Source of the DNA: Atractiella rhizophila
Taxonomy: Eukaryota
Assembly (NCBI GenBank): GCA_021432655.1
Contig: MU271293.1
Coordinates: forward strand, 62,001-104,882
Reading direction: 5' to 3'
Length of the DNA stretch: 42,882 nt
Under the pieces are notes generated by a model. The model had not been told where the DNA came from. It did no database searches and was given only the letters and a program-made list of their open reading frames with translations. Of the stretch, positions 36,782 through 42,882 are shown piece by piece (positions within the stretch are counted from its first letter, which is position 1; each line of letters begins with the position of its first letter). The position numbers and the translations under genes are program-made.

Positions 36782-38363
36782 TCACAAAACCTTGGCGACG
36801 AAAGCATTTATATCCTTCTGCACCTGCTTCGCGTTAAGATGGGCCAATATTCCGTGGCCTGTCTTGGGGTAGGTGTTGAAGGAGATCGATTTGGCTTTCG
36901 GCCAGAAAGGCCTCTCGTCGTTCAGGTCCTTAATCCCGAATCCAACGTCTTCCTGTCCGTTGAAATAGGCAACATTACCTGTTTGAAAGTGAATAAACAC
37001 TTTTGGAAATGGGATGGTCATACCGCTGAATTTAGGAGCCGTCACTTGGTTCGATTGGAGTGTGAGTATCTCCCCAATGGTGAAAATGCCTTCGTTCGCA
37101 TTGTCATACTCCAAGATCTGACCTCAACATCATCAGTGTTCGATTTCAGGTAGGCTGAAGGAGTTTAAACTGGATCGCATACGGCTTGATCAAAGTTTCC
37201 AACAGTGTAAAAGGCATTGATCCTGTCCTGAATAGTCGCGTGAACGAGATAAGAGTTGGAAGCTTTGTTTAAGTTGGGGAGATTGGTTCCTTTGCCTTCG
37301 CGAAAGATTAGTATGTCGCTTTGATGGCATCAGGAGCATACTGGGAGCTTGCGTTAGGTTGAGCAGAGCTGGGAATGTGGGATTCAACACGTGGCTGTAC
37401 CCCTAGCTTTCCGTTCAAGAAACTGCAAAAATAAGCAAAAGGAGGGCACACGAGTAAGATGACACTGTGGAAGTCAGAGGGATACGCGACTGTGTGTTGG
37501 TTAATGAGGGAAGCACCGTAAGAATGTCCAACGCCGATGACCTGTTTCAATCTCTATCAGATGGGTTCCTAAGTCCCGTCAAAAAAAGTTTCACGGTGCT
37601 GAACTTCTTTCCAAGAAGAGTGCCATCCTTCACTCCCTTCACGATCTGGTGGAACATCTCGACATGGAGAGGAGACTGGACGAGGTTGATTCCATCCTCA
37701 GGAATGTCGGACTGACCTGATCCTAGACGTTCAATGACGAGAGTTGAGAGACCAGACTCCGCCGCTTGACGTTGGTAGGAGTAAATGTCGGGTTTCACTT
37801 TGATGTCGAACTCTGGATGCCAATTCCTCAATCACGTGCAACTTTGCTTTTTTCTTGGACGACGAACCAGTGATGCCCTGCTCAAGAGCTGAATGATGGA
37901 TGACTTGGATCGCGTTCTGTCGCTTTTTATCCGAAGTCCTCTTCGTCTTATCACAGGCTGCTGGTGAGCAATACTGTCCATGGATCTTATACGTAGCAGG
38001 AGCAACGTTTTTTGTTCCCTTACCAATTTTCAGTGTGTGCGGGAAGAAGGACAAGAGGGAAGCATACGCCAACAGGATTCAGCTGGCCCGTGAGGATGGC
38101 ATTCAAGGCAGCGGCAAAGTCGGCCTGTGTCGAAGGAGCAGTGATGTTGAAAAGGACGTTGGTTGCTCCAGCTGTGACCTTGAAGTCAAGCTGTCTATGC
38201 CTCAGAATCCAAAGTGTGGCCTTGAGGGTTGTAGAGAACTCACTTCTTTGCACACTACCGTTTCCTTTGCAACAAAACTGTGTCCAGGCTGCCCTCTGTC
38301 AGACTGAGAAATGGCAGAGGCGGACGCCAGGAAGAGAGAAGCGATGAGAGATTGTTGACGCAT
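36782..38363 (-). CDS. Secreted alpha/beta hydrolase
   Basis: Signal peptide MRQQSLIASLFLASASA, ERLGSGQS, nucleophile elbow GHSYG and C-terminal TGHGILAH. Multi-exon. Confidence 0.85.
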
Positions 38364-39382
38364 TTGGTATATTATTCGGTATATGGAGCGAAGGGAGCGA
38401 GAGAATGACAATGCAGTACTGAGCGGTGAGAGAGGACTGAGTAGGATGAGTGAGAAAGAATATGTCCCTTTATATATTTCTACCACCAACTGAATATGAA
38501 ACTGTTCGTTTCCATCCTCCTCATCGGCCACATCCTTACTCTCCGAGCAACAATTCTATGGCACTCTGTTGTCTCGCTCATTCGATAATCTGGAGTCTTC
38601 GGCATCCGAAACAGAGCCTTTAGGAGTAGGAGTACCTCCTTGGACTTCTTCTCACATCGTACAGACGGGATACATCTACGATCAACCCACTGGTCACTCG
38701 GTTAAAACGGTCCATGCGAGTCGCACAATGGCACAATGGCACTCATCATTTCCGTTTGACTTAATTTGAAGATCGGCGGACTTGTTTGTTGGAGCACATT
38801 AATGCCGTTACCGGGTGCTTCAACGTGCCAGCAAACAAGTTTGTCTTGTCCGCTTCTGACGACACCAGTTCGCTTAGGCAAATCCAGGGAAATCAGTTAA
38901 CAAGGAGGAAGCTGGCGGAGAACGGATGGAGGGTCCGGTGTTGTCGTATGCGTGAGAGCTTTCCTAAGCCACTTCTCAAAGTCTACGAGGATTGGCAACA
39001 GTAGCTCGAGGGCTGGGCCAATAACACCTGTACGGGCATTGGGATCTGGGTGCGGAACTGATGCAACAGTGGATCGGCGTACAGAGCACCTCATTACATC
39101 CAACGTTTCTCCTTCCACCGTGGGCATAGGATAAATCTGCTGATATTGAGGTTTCAAGAAGGTGGTGATCACCCCATGAAGGCAATTGAAACACACTGTT
39201 CAAGTTGTACTTGACCTGTCCCTCACGAACTGCAAGAATTGGTTCTGCGAGGTAGGCGCCTGTTGAGCACAAAGTCCGAAGTTTCAAATAAGCAAACAAA
39301 GGGACGAATATCATCGTCATCCGAGACAGTCTTGACCAGGGAAATAGAACGTGAAGTGTGATATTTCAGGACCGAGCCGCAA

Positions 39383-41479
<2,097 letters not shown>

Positions 41480-41788
41480 GATCAGTTTATATATGTAGCT
41501 GATCAGGAATTGGTTGAGGCTGAGCTGCTTTTATGGCTGAGTCTTCCCGAAGATGGTGTATCAAGATGATGAAGTGATTGTGGGTTGCATGGCGTTAGTT
41601 GTCAACTCGATCATTAAGCTGTTCAACATTTCCGTAAACAGTTTCGTTAACAATCTCCATTACACGGTGGGAAGGAAGTAGAATAGAAAGGATGGGGCAC
41701 AAGGCACACGGTCGTAGCTAGGGGTTCAAGACGATATTCAAACCAACTTCGAGAAAGGCAAGGAATAGACCAACTCGAATCTTTCAGA

Positions 41789-42323
41789 TCAACTTGAAGA
41801 TGAATGCTGAAGAAAGGCCGTAGTCCTGGTACATGGGAGACGGATATCTGAAAATTGCGACAAACGAAACAAACGATGCGTATAAGATAACCAAGCTAAA
41901 TAAACGGAATTAGTGGACGTATTGATCATAAATACGTGGTCGAATAAGTCAAGTGGATTTTCTTTCCTTGCGCTCTTATGAGCTGCTTCTCCACTTCGAG
42001 GTGCATGATTTGAGGGTTCGATTCTTCCATTATCTGTCATCCTAGCTTATCAGTCCCAACTAAGAGGGTGCAACGGCAGACAAACGGTGTATTGAGTAAT
42101 ACTCATATTTTGGAGGGATATAATCCCTTTCTTCCACCGTTGATCTGTGCAGCACTATTTATTCTTTGTATCACGATGCAGAAATCTGCCGAACCTTTGC
42201 AGAGAAAGTAGACATATTGCCCCTGCCTGTACACCGGTAAGACTTTGGCATCCGGAGGCGGAGGAGGTGGAGAAAACGAAGGAGAAGAAGAGGAGGAAGT
42301 GACCGCTCGTCCGTTGTACATAT
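41789..42323 (-). CDS. Possible small orphan gene
   Basis: MYNGRAV...PPPPPP...YRQGQYVYFLCK can splice to DQRWKKGIISLQN. The later exons and the stop are ambiguous. Confidence 0.3.
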
Positions 42324-42688
42324 TTTCGGGTGGAATACAGTGGGTGCTTGTGGAGGATTTACATATCTCGAGCCATCCTAAAGCGCATATAAGTGAGTAT
42401 CTGAGCGTTGAGATTGAGTACAAAGAAAGCGTCCTTGTTCCAACGTCGATCAAGAGAGAAAGGGCGCGCATTCTTACACAGAAAAATTGATGCTTACAGT
42501 ACTTTCAACGGCTCATTTTCCAACCTTGTCATCCCCAAAGCCTCCAAACCTTCCAACGGCGGTTGAAGTTGGTCGAAGCTTAGAACTCCTGATCTTGATT
42601 CTTCTTTCCGATCACGATCACTCACGTGTCTGTTCGCGACGTCCCTTGTCGTCGCCAAAGGAAACGACCACATTTCCTGTGAAGTCCC

Positions 42689-42882
42689 ATGCAGACAGCG
42701 ACCAGCTTCGCGCACAAGCCTCCGCGGCTGAGCTCCTCTCTCTACTCCCCGCCCTCTCTGCCCGCTCCCCCAGTCACCGCCGCGCTCTCCTCCCCGCCCC
42801 CTCCCCCTGCTCCGCCTCTCCAAAAGTTCCCCGTCGACACCCTACGCCCTCACATCCACCGAATACTGCACTCAAAGTTCTC
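42689..42882 (+). CDS. Tctex-1 (dynein light chain) family-like protein, 5' part; runs off the right edge
   Basis: ATG 42689 opens MQTATSF...PPPPPAPPLQKFPVDTLRPHIHRILHSKF. The last segment resembles the first helix of Tctex-1 domains. It is absent from the ORF track because it has no stop in the window. Confidence 0.5.
   Translation, partial: MQTATSFAHKPPRLSSSLYSPPSLPAPPVTAALSSPPPPPAPPLQKFPVDTLRPHIHRILHSKF

Noticed and set aside
42494..42823. Arg/Gly-rich minus-strand ORF
   Set aside because: It is the antisense shadow of the Pro-rich plus-strand ORF starting at 42689 and has no ATG at its annotated start.

Overview
Eukaryotic, gene-dense fungal genomic DNA. Many ~45-60 nt GT-AG introns with CTRAY-like branch points, together with the gene content, suggest a basidiomycete (possibly Pucciniomycotina; inference). 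Most short ORFs in the supplied track are exons or antisense shadows. Spliced by eye, the window holds about 20 genes. These are a Ser/Pro-rich protein, O6-alkylguanine alkyltransferase, a pfkB/MAK32-like kinase, an arrestin-like gene with two in-frame fused repeats, ESCRT-III Vps60, dephospho-CoA kinase, cytosolic leucyl-tRNA synthetase, a frameshifted F-box gene, a frameshifted thiol/halide methyltransferase, a NUFIP1/Rsa1-CCCH protein, a GT64 glycosyltransferase, a ~2,600-aa sacsin-repeat x2 + BTB-BACK protein, a secreted alpha/beta hydrolase, quinolinate phosphoribosyltransferase, a partial Tctex-1-like gene and several orphans. The most notable signals are (1) the double-arrestin fusion, (2) the sacsin-BTB giant, (3) oversized early introns in housekeeping genes with internal splice sites that would add premature stops, some strongly base-paired (CoaE, BNA6, VPS60), (4) a 6-nt micro-exon just before the LeuRS HIGH motif, and (5) a tight cluster of small indels at ~21.9-24.7 kb that may be assembly error. 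No CRISPR, rRNA, tRNA or recognisable transposon was seen. All assignments come from motif recognition by eye; no searches were run.
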